Shown piece by piece: positions 49,243 to 61,860 of a stretch of 64,000 nt of DNA (its first letter is position 1; each line of letters starts with the position of its first letter). Both the position numbers and the translations under genes were made by a program. Below the pieces are notes generated by a model. The model was not told the origin of the DNA, ran no database searches, and worked only from the letters and a program-made list of their open reading frames with translations. Source of the stretch: Paraspadella gotoi (taxonomy: Eukaryota > Animalia > Chaetognatha); NCBI GenBank assembly GCA_051294375.1, contig CM119264.1, positions 4,241,392-4,305,391 on the forward strand. Direction: 5' to 3'.

Positions 49243-50450
49243 GTAGATCCCTGGTCCCCCATCTTTCTAAGTTTCGATTATTTTTTATCAAACGCCCAAC
49301 CCATGATTCATGAATGATAAAACCAAGTTTTACTTTTAGCCAAAACGACTTTATTTAATTCGTTTAAATACTGGCAAAAAAAAGACGAAACTAGCATTAG
49401 CATCACTAATAATTATTTTTCATCAACACTGATAGTATACAATGTATACTATACATGCGATCAACAGACAACGAATATTAAAAAGGCTGCTAAATTCTGA
49501 CAAGTCAGAAAAAAATTTTCTCAAGGAAGCTTTCTCTAATTATAAGCANNNNNNNNNNNNNNNNNNNNNNNNNNNNNNNNNNNNNNNNNNNNNNNNNNNN
49601 NNNNNNNNNNNNNNNNNNNNNNNNNNNNNNNNNNNNNNNNNNNNNNNNNNNNNNNNNNNNNNNNNNNNNNNNNNNNNNNNNNNNNNNNNNNNNNNNNNNN
49701 NNNNNNNNNNNNNNNNNNNNNNNNNNNNNNNNNNNNNNNNNNNNNNNNNNNNNNNNNNNNNNNNNNNNNNNNNNNNNNNNNNNNNNNNNNNNNNNNNNNN
49801 NNNNNNNNNNNNNCGCCGCCATTCGCCGCTGCTTCCCTCTCGCGGAAAAAAAAAGAGCGTCCGACGTCAGCGCGTCTTTTGTTCGTCTTTCGGACGTGCG
49901 TGCGCGTGAGAGCCGCGCCCATCGCTCGACGCCGACTTCAGGAGGAGGTGAGAGTGGTTGTGAGGGGATCAGGGGGGGTCAGGGGGGGTCAGAGGCTGAA
50001 TGGTAAGAAGGGTTTAGTGGGGGAGAAAGCGATTATTCTTCAGCCTCTTTACTTTAGAGTCTCTCTCTCTATCACAGAGGTTTTCACGCGAAAAGTGAAT
50101 TAAAGAATCATTGACGTTTTTTTAAAAATGTGTCATTGTAAACTATGATTTTGAATCAAAAATAAATATAAATACATATACTATGTACGTCACCACCGGG
50201 CTACTTGTAATAAACAAATTTTTCGATAAATCATTTAAAAAAACTTGTTCTGGTCTATTGCATACTGATCTTTAATNNNNNNNNNNNNNNNNNNNNNNNN
50301 NNNNNNNNNNNNNNNNNNNNNNNNNNNNNNNNNNNNNNNNNNNNNNNNNNNNNNNNNNNNNNNNNNNNNNNNNNNNGATTTTTTTCGAAACGAAGGATCG
50401 AATTAACAGCGATTATCTGATGGCATATTTTTCCTTTTAATGAAATAAAA

Positions 50451-50564
<114 letters not shown>

Positions 50565-50697
50565 TCGAGCGAGTGAGAAAGAGATAAGAATCGCGCTTAG
50601 AATTCGCTTCGCCGTGTTACGCTAACTCTATCTGGATCAACCGCCTTCCCGCACGCCCCCCTCCGTATGCGGAGTCAGCGAACGAAGGCGACGGGAC

Positions 50698-51000
50698 AAC
50701 ACATCCGAGGGAAACGATATGCGTGCAGTTACACCCTGGGGAGCATTACATCTGCATTCGCGCATTTACATCCTGAGGGATTGGTAATCCGCACAGTTAT
50801 ATCCTAGGTTTTATAAACGATCAATTACATTCGGTTACATTGAGTTACATTAAAGAAGATACATCAAGGAAGACCTGATTTTTCTACAGTTACATCCGGG
50901 GGATTCATAATCTGCACCGTGACATCTGGGAACAAAAAGTATGCAAAGTTACAACCCGGGAGGACCTAACATCCGCGCAGTTACATCCGGGGAGCGATTT
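50698..51000. repeat. Degenerate array of about 30-bp units with a CAGTTACATCCGGGGA core
   Basis: Core recurs about 8 times; a related TACATCCGGG motif occurs at about 1655-1865. Confidence 0.6.
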
Positions 51001-51130
51001 CCATGCAAATTCAGTTTACGCTTTTGCCTTCGAGAAAAAGGTCGCTTGACTTCATGGGATGAGAGGAACAAGGCGGTTGGAAGGGAAGCCAAGAGAAGGG
51101 GATGGGATATCTCGTAATTGAAAAGATATT

Positions 51131-51177
<47 letters not shown>

Positions 51178-52904
51178 TCCCTCCTAGCTCGTTGTCGACG
51201 GAAGCGCAACCTGGAAAAAATAATTAAAAACAAAAAATTTAACAGATAATTTTTACTCTGTTTTCTATAATTTTCTCCCGGTAGAACTAAAGCAATCTCA
51301 CCTTCTGGTTCTTGAAATTGGGCATTATTTTCCGAAAGCGTCCTATATCTGTTCATAATCCTTGAACCTAATTTTAATTTCAATATATAATTTTAATCGA
51401 TTATTAAATAGTTTATTAAATCTTAATCCTTAATACGTAACTCTGAATTCAGCCTTTATCTTACTACTTACTTTCAATCCTTAATCTCTTTACCCTAATC
51501 CATAACCTTATCTTTTAACCCATAACCCAAATCCTAAACACTTAACCAAAACTCTAACCAAATCTTTAACCCAATTTTTAAAAGTAAATATAATTCAGAT
51601 TTTTATCCTTTAACCTAATTTTTAAACATAAAAATATTTATTAATTCTGAATTTAACCTGGAATGGATCGATTTCGGAAAAGATGGTCGAATGAACCATA
51701 GGAAAAAAAACCCCGATCACCCAGCGAAAAAGAGGGAACAAAAAAAGGTTCCCCATCTCCATCCCTATTCCCAATTTCCCTATCCCTATCCCCATCTCCA
51801 TCCCCATCAGTATCCCCTATTTCCCCATCCCACATCCCCATCTCAATCTCCATCCCCAGCCCCATCCCCATCTCCATCAGTATCCGCTATTTCCCTATCA
51901 CTATCCCCATCTCCATCAGTATCCCCTATTTCCCCATCCCACATCGCCATCTCACTCGGGCCATCGCCAACCATGTTCTTCATTACTCTTGCAGTTTTAA
52001 TGGCGNNNNNNNNNNNNNNNNNNNNNNNNNNNNNNNNNNNNNNNNNNNNNNNNNNNNNNNNNNNNNNNNNNNNNNNNNNNNNNNNNNNNNNNNNNNNNNN
52101 NNNNNNNNNNNNNNNNNNNNNNNNNNNNNNNNNNNNNNNNNNNNNNNNNNNNNNNNNNNNNNNNNNNNNNNNNNNNNNNNNNNNNNNNNNNNNNNNNNNN
52201 NNNNNNNNNNNNNNNNNNNNNNNNNNNNNNNNNNNNNNNNNNNNNNNNGGGTGGTCAGTCACTAAAAACCCACCCGACCACTAATTTCGTAAACCGGTCC
52301 AAGAACCAGGCCAATCCCCACCCTTGGCCAGTTCCCACCCNNNNNNNNNNNNNNNNNNNNNNNNNNNNNNNNNNNNNNNNNNNNNNNNNNNNNNNNNNNN
52401 NNNNNNNNNNNNNNNNNNNNNNNNNNNNNNNNNNNNNNNNNNNNNNNNNNNNNNNNNNNNNNNNNNNNNNNNNNNNNNNNNNNNNNNNNNNNNNNNNNNN
52501 NNNNNNNNNNNNNNNNNNNNNNNNNNNNNNNNNNNNNNNNNNNNNNNNNNNNNNNNNNNNNNNNNNNNNNNNNNNNNNNNNNNNNNNNNNNNNNNNNNNN
52601 NNNNNNNNNNNNNNNNNNNNNNNNNNNNNNNNNNNNNNNNNNNTTGTTCAATGGTTATTGATGAAACTGGGTTTACATTTGGAAACATTGATTACAATAT
52701 TCGAGTGAAGCTCCGCAGACGTCAAGAATGACTAAGAAGACGCGGGCAGGCAGAAATAGTTAATTATAGGCCATTAAACAGAGCTGATACATACGTATCT
52801 ATTATTTTTTTTTTAAAATTAGACATGATTGCCAATTAATAATTAAAACATACGTACGTACGTTGGGAGCGTCAAATGATGAATAATTACGCAGATGTAA
52901 TTTT

Positions 52905-53710
52905 CTAAGCATTGCCGAAAGATGTCATGCTTAGGTGGGATCTACGATGCGAGAATAATCAAAGATAAATCGCTATCAAATTTGCAAAGCAATGGCGATT
53001 CTATGCTTGGGTGGGAGCGACGAGGCAAGGATAATTAAATAAAAATAACTAAACAAGCAATGCAATTTTATGCTTGGGTGGGACCTACGAGGCAAGAATA
53101 ATCAAAGAAAAATTGCTTACCAATGCTTGGGAGCTTAGAGGCAAGCATTTAAGTAAGCAGACAGGGATTTTGATATGAAATCAAGGTGAAATTTATTTGT
53201 AGAATAACAATCAAGAAGATGGTATCAATTTTGGACAGAATGCTCAGATACAAAATCTACAGCTATTTATACAGTACAAGTGGATCAGAGACGTGGGTAA
53301 AATTTACAGCCTATTCGCTTATTGGCTGATGCCATTTGGCTCTCGACCAATCAGAGAGTTTGATTCCATTTTTGGTGATTTCTCCCCGAGTCTTTGATCC
53401 GGTTCCATTTGATTCCACCTTTTGAGTTTCTGATTCTCCTGTAATGCATCCCCCCCTCCTGCTGATTCTATGCTTTGGTGGGAGCGACGATGCAAGAATA
53501 ATTAAAGAAAAATCGCTAAGCAAGCAATGCCGATTCTATGCTTGAGTGGGAGCTACAAGGCGAGACAAATCAAAGAAAAAATGCTAACCAAGCAATGCCG
53601 ATTCTATGCTTGGGTGGGACCTACGACGCAAGAATAATTAAAGAAAAATCGCTAAGCAAGCAATGCCGATTCTTTGCTTGGGTGGGAGCTACGAGGCGAG
53701 AATAATCATT
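52905..53710. repeat. About 66-bp tandem satellite (AAGCAATGCCGATTCTATGCTTGGGTGGGAGCTACGAGGCAAGAATAATCAAAGAAAAATCGCTAAGC), about 7-8 diverged units, interrupted by the LTR remnant
   Basis: Units read directly at 52905-53145 and 53463-53710. Confidence 0.85.
53145..53460 (-). mobile_element. LTR remnant (about 300 bp) with adjacent polypurine tract
   Basis: On the - strand: AGGAGGGGGGGA (PPT, 53460-53449), then TGCATTA start, CCAAT-type boxes, TATAAATAG, AATAAA, and an end AAATGC inverted to the start. Confidence 0.65.
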
Positions 53711-53917
53711 GGAAGAGCGGGAGAGCGTCTCTCTCGTGATCTTCTCAGACTTCGGGTGACGAAACGTCCGTTTATGAGATGTGATAAAAGAGGAAGCGAA
53801 AAGGTTCGCGCGAGGAGAGAATTCATCACGGGTAGACTTGGAGAGAGCGGAAAGAGAGAGAGATGGGGATAGAGAGAGGAAGAGAGAGAGAGAATAGAGA
53901 GAGAGAGAGAGATTGAC

Positions 53918-53952
<35 letters not shown>

Positions 53953-54294
53953 ACCAGAAAGCCAAAGAAAAATGATAACGAAAAGAGCTCGGGGTCTGAA
54001 GCCGATGTCAGAGGTAAGGTATTGTTTTGACGGAATCTCATAAAGCAAAAGGGAAGAAATCCAACTCGGCTTTCACGCGATTGTAAACATAATCAATCAA
54101 ACTATTAAGCTGCTTGGTAGTTTAGGGAAAGATCGATGAAGCAGCGAATGGAGATAACGTTTCTTATTATGTTTAAGCTTAAGAAAAAATAATTAGGCTG
54201 CTAAATAATTTTTGTGAAAAACAGCAAAAGATTTTGATGGCCGATGACGAAGAGGGACGATGACTAGGCCGTCGCTGGCATCGGCTCGACCATC

Positions 54295-54435
54295 CGTCTT
54301 TGTCGACATCGGCTTCGGCGTCGGCCTTTTTGTCGGTATCTTTGTCGGCTTCGGCGTCGCCCTTTTTGTCGGTATCTTTGTCAGCTTCGGCGTCGGCCTT
54401 TTTGTCGGTATATTTGTCGGCGTCGGCGTCGGCGT
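54295..54435. repeat. 36-bp tandem repeat (TTTGTCGGCTTCGGCGTCGGCCTTTTTGTCGGTATC), about 3.5 units
   Basis: Read directly. Confidence 0.8.
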
Positions 54436-55057
54436 CAGCGTCTCAGCTGCGCGAACGTAAGTGAATCGATTACGTTTATTAGTCGCGATTTATTGGCTTC
54501 GATTCCCGCGATTAATCGCCGACGTTTGAGTCGGAGAACCGGAGCCCAAAATGGCGGACAAAATGGCGGACAAAATAGCAGAAAAAATGGGGATTAAAAT
54601 GAGGGATCAAATGGCGGCCATGAATGGCAGGGGGAATACAAGAGGCCAATATATNNNNNNNNNNNNNNNNNNNNNNNNNNNNNNNNNNNNNNNNNNNNNN
54701 NNNNNNNNNNNNNNNNNNNNNNNNNNNNNNNNNNNNNNNNNNNNNNNNNNNNNNNNNNNNNNNNNNNNNNNNNNNNNNNNNNNCGTCTTCGTCATCATCT
54801 TTTTCATCGTCATCGTCTTCGCCACCTTAAACGCCGACTTTTTTTTTCAAAAAAAGAGGCGCGAAAAACTTAAAGGGTTAAAGTCAACAACCATTAATCA
54901 AATCGATTCCAAACTTCCGACTTCAAAACAAATCGGACGTGAGGTAAGGCATTTTCGGAGAGAGAGAGAGAGAGGAGACAGAGAGAAGAGACAGACAAAA
55001 ATAAACAGTGATAGAGGTCGCTTGGGAATACAGTAGAGATATACGAGAGATAAGAAG

Positions 55058-55139
<82 letters not shown>

Positions 55140-55342
55140 CGCAATTTTGATCTGAAAAAAAATGGTCTGCCGGGAGAATCTTTCTTGTCCCCAATTCCAT
55201 CTCCTTCTGGCGTTGGCTTCAATGACACTTGGGTGTCGCTCACTCGTTGGGACCCAGAATTCTAATTTCCATTCGTCCAACGTTTATGTTAAAAGAAGGA
55301 GGAAAAAGAAGAGGGAGTAAAGGGGAGGAAAGAAAAGAGGGA

Positions 55343-55431
<89 letters not shown>

Positions 55432-56118
55432 GTGAGAGTGAGAGTGAGAGAGAGAGAGAGAAGGAGAGTTGAGGATAAACATGAATTTAGAGACATTCGT
55501 GAAGTTGCCAGTTTTTAGTCTTGACGCCCAATTTTTTTTTTCTAATCTTATTAGAAACAAAAGAACAGACCTGAGAGATTGAATCGCGTTGATCTGAGTC
55601 GCAGCGCCATCTGCGTCCACAAATACCCAAATAGAGAGGTAAAAAGATAATTGCAACTGAACCGGCGGGGAAAGCAAATCGAAGGTAAGGGGGAAAAAAG
55701 GTAAGTTAGGAGGGAGTCGGTTTGAGAAAGTCGCCGCGAGAAAAAAAAAGGTGAAAAAAGTAAAGAAAGGAGAAAAGAGAAAATAAGAAGTAAATGAGGC
55801 AGAAGTTGAAGCTTTGAAATTGAAAGCGGAGCGGAGATAAAGGAGAATCTTTATGGTCTTTCTTTTTTTTTTAAAAAAATAGAAGATCGGTGCATCCAAT
55901 GTCTTGCGGCGCAGTGACTTTCTTTTCACGTTTATTTCCCTGTGATCACATCTAGTTTATCCGCGATTACTTTTTTGATCACGTGACCTTAGTATTGCGT
56001 GGTACATTGCGCTGCAACGAAATTCCGGGTTTTTTTTTATTCTTTATAGTTTTAGGATTTCCTGAAGGCGGCGCTAGCAGTCACTTAGATTTGATTTTTT
56101 TCCCCGGATTTATCAAAT

Positions 56119-56232
56119 GAGCAACGAAAGTGGGACAGACCGACGGACAAACATACGGACCGACAGACCGACAGACCTACCGAAGAGTGTCTTACGGAGT
56201 TGCTCCGCGAGTACTCGCGGCGCAACTGAAAA
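56119..56232 (+). mobile_element. HINE/DINE-1-like (non-autonomous Helentron-type) element end
   Basis: GACA/GACC tetranucleotide tract, then AGTGTCTTAC and the stem-loop AGTTGC-TCCGCGAGTACTCGCGGC-GCAACT ending in an A run; similar reversed ends at about 40673-40740 and 15590-15647. Confidence 0.55.
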
Positions 56233-56991
56233 AGAAAAGAGAAAAAGAGGTGATGTCTGAAGAGGATTTATGCGATTGTCGGGGCCCGAAAAAGAAAGGG
56301 GGGTGGGCGCGGTGGGATAAAAGAGGAAAAAGTAAGAAATGAAAAAAAAATCATTAAATACGAGAATTTAATGGATTCTTGAGTCGGAAGAAGAAAAAAA
56401 AAAGGAAATTTCTCATTCGTCAAAATAGAAAAGGGAAAAGGCGCCTCGGGATTCTGTCCTTTCACTCTTTTTCTTAATTTTCTGACTTTTCTTATTTTGG
56501 AGAAAGAAACGTTAATTATTTTTTTGCGATGCAGGAATATGTACTGTTAGGATTTTTTTTAAAATTTTTTAAATTAGTTTTTGTTTCAAAATTAGTGTTG
56601 ATCTGATTTAAAATTTAAAATTTAAACATTTAAACATTTAAACATCTAAACATTTAAACATTTAATGGCGATGGCGAAGTATTTGGCCAAACCAAAGATA
56701 ATCCGTGGTTTGACCATAACGAGAGCAGTTTGGCAATGAGACGGGAGCCTTGCCATTTACACTTGCCAATAATTTTATTGTAAATGTCGCTGCATTTTAC
56801 TATGAAGATAAGTTCTTTTTTCAAATTTCAAGTTAAACATACAAAAAAAGTTAATTATCAGATATTTCACGTTTTTCAAAGTCATTTTATAATTTATTTA
56901 TTTGTTTATTTATTTATTTATTTTTTTATTCTTTTATTTTTTTTATTTATTTATTATTTTTTTAATTTATTTATTTGTTTATTTAATTTAT

Positions 56992-57104
56992 TTATTTCCC
57001 AAAATAAACATTTTCCACAACGGCTTTGACTCCGGTCCAGACTTCTTCTCCGGTCGGAATGATTTGTCTCTTCGGAAGGATGAACCCGTTCCACGCGTAC
57101 GGGC
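56992..57104 (-). CDS. Carboxypeptidase terminal exon ([37 protein letters not shown])
   Basis: GACAG acceptor; conserved C-terminal motif; TAA at 56994-56992 followed by an AATAAA-rich tract. Confidence 0.94.
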
Positions 57105-57489
57105 CTGTCAAGTTTCGACGTCTCAATTAACAATAAGGTTATATCATAAGATTACTATACTAACTCTCTCTCACAGCGTGCATAAAATCCCCTCGAAAAT
57201 ATAACTTTAAATCTAAGGAACCACCTTTAGATTTCGCCCATTGTCTCAAACCCCCACCCACCAGCCACTTCACCAGTCCTTCCCCACCCTCCCACTCGCC
57301 ACGCCCACCTGGACGCAACTCCAACGTGAAGGAATACTTGATGCCCGCCTTCGCTTTTGCCCAGTCGTCTTCGGCGCCGGCGGCGGGATATAGGATGGAG
57401 CCGCCCGCCCCGTATTCGTAGTCCTTTCCGTGACGGGCCTCGCGGGGCGACGTGCCTGGAGGAGGGGAAAGAGGTAGGGGTAGTGAGAC

Positions 57490-57578
<89 letters not shown>

Positions 57579-58604
57579 ACACTTACCAATTTTCGCTACC
57601 CTTTGTATATCGACGTGGTCGATAGGATTTTGACGATCTGTCATCCCCAACTGGTCAGGCCACATTTGCGAGTAAGAGTGAAAGGAGAAAAAAACCTGAT
57701 GGGAGAGTATAGCGTACATTGCTTGCTTTGAATGCATTGAAATAACTTTATTTATTGTCTTTAATGTCGAAGATCCAAGTTATTTTTTAGAGAGCAAAAT
57801 GTCGATTTAAGTTCAAATGTTCAAATGTACATACTTGAGGGGGTGTAAAAAAATCTTTACATAATATAATTTCATTTGCATTTTTTTTTTAAATAATTGA
57901 TTGCTGTTTACAATAAGTAATATTGCAATCTCGTGACTTGTAATTGCAAAAGTTTGTTGGAGGTCAACTTGGAAAATTGGACTACGATAGTGGCTCATAC
58001 AATGTATACATACATAAATACAACAGATTCAGTTAAGACAACAAGGAACAAACAATGTCAAAGCGAACATCGTGGAGAGAGATTATAAAGTCACAATCAG
58101 GACGAGCTTCACGACAAGAAGAACTTACCTTTGTCCTCTGACTGAGACTCAAGATGTAATCAGACAGAGCTTTCGTGCAGGGCTCCGAAAAGGCATGGGG
58201 TCCAGTGTAGATGTCGGAACAGGAACTCGACGATGTCCCTTGACCTCCGAAATGGTCATCCCAGTTCCGGTTCGGGTCGGCGCCATGACAAGAACTACCT
58301 GAAAGGGAAAATAGAGTTAGTAGCTCAATTGATTTATTTTTTTAGTTTTCGTTGTTTGTTGCATCTTTTGAGTTGTTTTCAAATTCAGTCTTCTCTTTCT
58401 CTGTTTTTCACTTTATTTCTAAACCGCTCTCTCGCCTTCTAATTCACTCAAACTCTATTCACATCTATTTCCTCTTTTCCTTTCTTTTCTTTTCTCTTTT
58501 GTTCTTTCAATCTCTTACTACCTTCACACTACACAGTTCCTCCCATCCCTTTCACTTTCCTTCTTTCCCACTTCAACTCTCTCTCCGCCCCATTAAATTA
58601 ACGA

Positions 58605-58644
<40 letters not shown>

Positions 58645-60722
58645 TAACCTTCGCCGGTTTTCGGTCACCCGGTTTCAGTCACGTGACTTTGGAATCAGGA
58701 GCGTCAGTCGGGTTAGTCTCTGATTCTTACCCGACATTAGCCTGATCTTGGCTTCAGCCCTACCTTCTCTTCCAAACTCTCTCCCAATTGTAAACTATTA
58801 TGTCCGAAAGATTTACGAAACCTTCACTTCTAACTCACAATACATCCTTTGTTAGAGCCAGTCAAATTTTATGCGTTATAGTTATTAATAATTTTGGATC
58901 TAAACGTTTAAACTGTCTGTCCGTTAACGTAGTTTATCTTTGACTACATACCGTACTACCAACGTACAAGAACCATAAGAAAGAAATCCGTTAAGCTACA
59001 AGGTCAGATTGCAGGGCAGTCCTTAACCCGAGAGTATCCAAAGAGAAAGGATGAAAGAAGGAGATGGGGAGGGAGGGCCGAAGAAGAAGAAGAAAAAGAA
59101 GAATAAGAAGAAGAAGAAGAAGAAATGAAATTGTATTTCTTCCTTATTTTCCCCGCTTCTGATTGGCTGAAAAGTGCGACCATTTGTGACCGCGTGTGAC
59201 CGGTCACACTCGGTCGCACGAAATTTGTGACTGCTTGTGACCGTGTGTGACTTTACTTTACTTTACTTTCACTCTTCCCCACACCAGTTCTCTCTCCAGC
59301 ACATCGCACATCTTCAGCATCATTCGATCACATCTTTCCAGCGCCACAAATCTTTCTAACCGCTCCAACACTCCAGTCCACACCTCTGCTCGGCGTTCTG
59401 GTCTTCCTCCACAAGCGATCAACCTCGTGGGAATATTCGTATCCGTCGGGATTCGCCACGGGGACGATGTACCAAGCGACGTCGTCGACGAGCTTCTTGA
59501 CGGCGGCGTCGGTGGAGTAGCTCGTCAAGAGGTGGTCGATGAGGTAAACTGCGGCGGCGGGGGCGATCCATTCGCGAGCGTGGATCCCTGGAGGAAAGAG
59601 AATGATGCGGTCGATGAGGCTTCGTTTGATGTAGAAGCAAAAGAGATGAGGGAGTCAAAGGTCAATGTGCTCGAGATGAAATGACCCAATTTAGATGGAA
59701 TGACCTGTCAAGTATCAACAATCCACTAAACTTGATAGGATCTTTTGATTTCGGGATATTTTTCCACACTGGCCTTAGGAACTTCGGATCGAGAGGAAGG
59801 CATACTATTTTGCATGGACTTTTCGTGCCAGGACTAGAATCTGAGACTGTTTTTTTTTGTTAGTTTCTAGTAATAGAAAACTTAAACTATATGATTGAAC
59901 AACACCACTAGAACCTATTAGTTTGAACGGTCGTTTGTCGGTATTCAAACTCTGATTAATATATTGATATCAGTTAATAACAACGTCATTTCATGTCTCA
60001 TTTAATTTTTACAATCTTTATATAGGGATTTTTAAATTTATAAATTTTTTGGTCTTTTGTTGAAAATATTGAACCTGACTGACGTGACTCCTGGCGTCGC
60101 CGAAAACAATAAAGAACAATTATGTCTCTTATCAACTCATCAAACAAAATAGAGTTCACACCAGAAGCTGCTCCCGCCGGACTATTTAGGACATTGTGGC
60201 GGTATATTCACACCGCCTCACGTCCACCATCCTTCTGCCAAGTCTGGAACGTAGTGTTCCATCCACAGTCCTAACGACTTCCCTCTGCGTTGGCAAAGCT
60301 AGACCGTCCTAGGGTAATCGCGCCAGTGACTGGATGCGTCACTGAGGGTCGGAAGCCCCCAAAGCCAACAGTGAGATGCCCCATCCCAATGGGCATCACA
60401 GGCAACCCGGCTGTTGCCATAACATTACCATTGCACCATTTTCCAACAGGTAATAGTTATTTCCTTCCTGAGCAATAGATTCTTTTTTCCGAGAAAAGTT
60501 GTAAACTGCCATAAAAATTTTAATTCGAGCAAAACTTCTCTTCCGAAATTTTGAATTCATTACGCACCAACTGAGCGTCACTGAAAAGAAAGAAAAGAGG
60601 GCACGATTGGCAAAAATCATTTTTCGCTTCCGCTTTAAATTCCGCATAAATAAACAAACGAACAACGAAATTTTGTGGAAAATTCGAGAATCTTTGCGAG
60701 AGGGCTTCCATCTAAAATTGAT

Positions 60723-60758
<36 letters not shown>

Positions 60759-60774
60759 TTCTTTCTTCTTCTTT

Positions 60775-60806
<32 letters not shown>

Positions 60807-60839
60807 TTCTTCTTCTTTCTTTCTTTCTTTCTCTCTTCT

Positions 60840-60874
<35 letters not shown>

Positions 60875-61088
60875 TTATTATTTATTTATTTATTTTCTTT
60901 CTTTCTTTCTCTTCTCTTTCTTTCTTTTCTTTCTTTCCATTTTCCTATTTTCTTTCTTTGTTTCTCGTTTCCACTTTCTTTGCTCCTTTTATTATCTCCT
61001 CCTAGGGCGTTTCTCTCATTTTCCTCATATTTCTTATTTTAGACGCTCCATTGCCGCCTTCCCTTTCTTAGCGTCTTATCCTATCTCT

Positions 61089-61151
<63 letters not shown>

Positions 61152-61358
61152 ATTCTTTGTATATTTATTCTTCCATCTAGCGACGGAAGGAGGCGCTTTG
61201 GTAAACAAACCCGCCAAGAATTTATGTATCGCCATTACGCGCGGCGTTTATTAGCTCTTTCCTCTTTTAATTTTCCCCGCGTTAACCTCTCGGCCCCGCG
61301 GCATGAATCCCCTTTCCGGTGTCTTGCAAGACGGACGATGCTGCCGAGGACGCCAACC

Positions 61359-61395
<37 letters not shown>

Positions 61396-61814
61396 ATTTC
61401 TCGGTCGTTGACCCGTGAAGTCGTCCAATTAGTCGCGGATCCTGGACAGAGGGACATTCGGTCTCCTCGGGGGTCTTTCCAGCACATCCCTCTTTTCTCT
61501 CTTTTTACTCTGCAGACGGCACATCCCTCTTTTCCAAGTACATTTCTCGGTCCATGCACATCGCTATTTTCTCGGCACGTTCCGTCACCTCTCGGCACTT
61601 TCCAATTTTACCAACGGCACCTTTTTATCGCCCTTTTGCCCATATTTCTGGGCAGAATGGCCTCGATTATATCAACAGCTTATCATCCTTTCTTTTTCTT
61701 ATTTCTTTTACTATCTAATTCTTCTTTTCTTCCAACTTCGTTTCTGTTTCTCTTTTATTCCCACTTTCTTCCTCTGACTTCGTCTCGCTCCGGAAACCAG
61801 AGCAGAGAGAGAGA

Positions 61815-61860
<46 letters not shown>

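Noticed and set aside
51430-51625. Interstitial telomere (TAACC/TAACCC-like; also about 38690-38790)
   Set aside because: Too degenerate; more like an internal tract of a repeat element.
59247-59684. Plus-strand ORFs overlapping carboxypeptidase exons, and minus-strand ORFs over the transporter exons
   Set aside because: Antisense shadows of GC-rich coding exons.
60151-60300. RNase P/MRP RNA (minus-strand GAGGGAAGTC) or HDV-like ribozyme
   Set aside because: No complementary P4/CR-V strand and no HDV P3/L3/J4-2 arrangement could be built.
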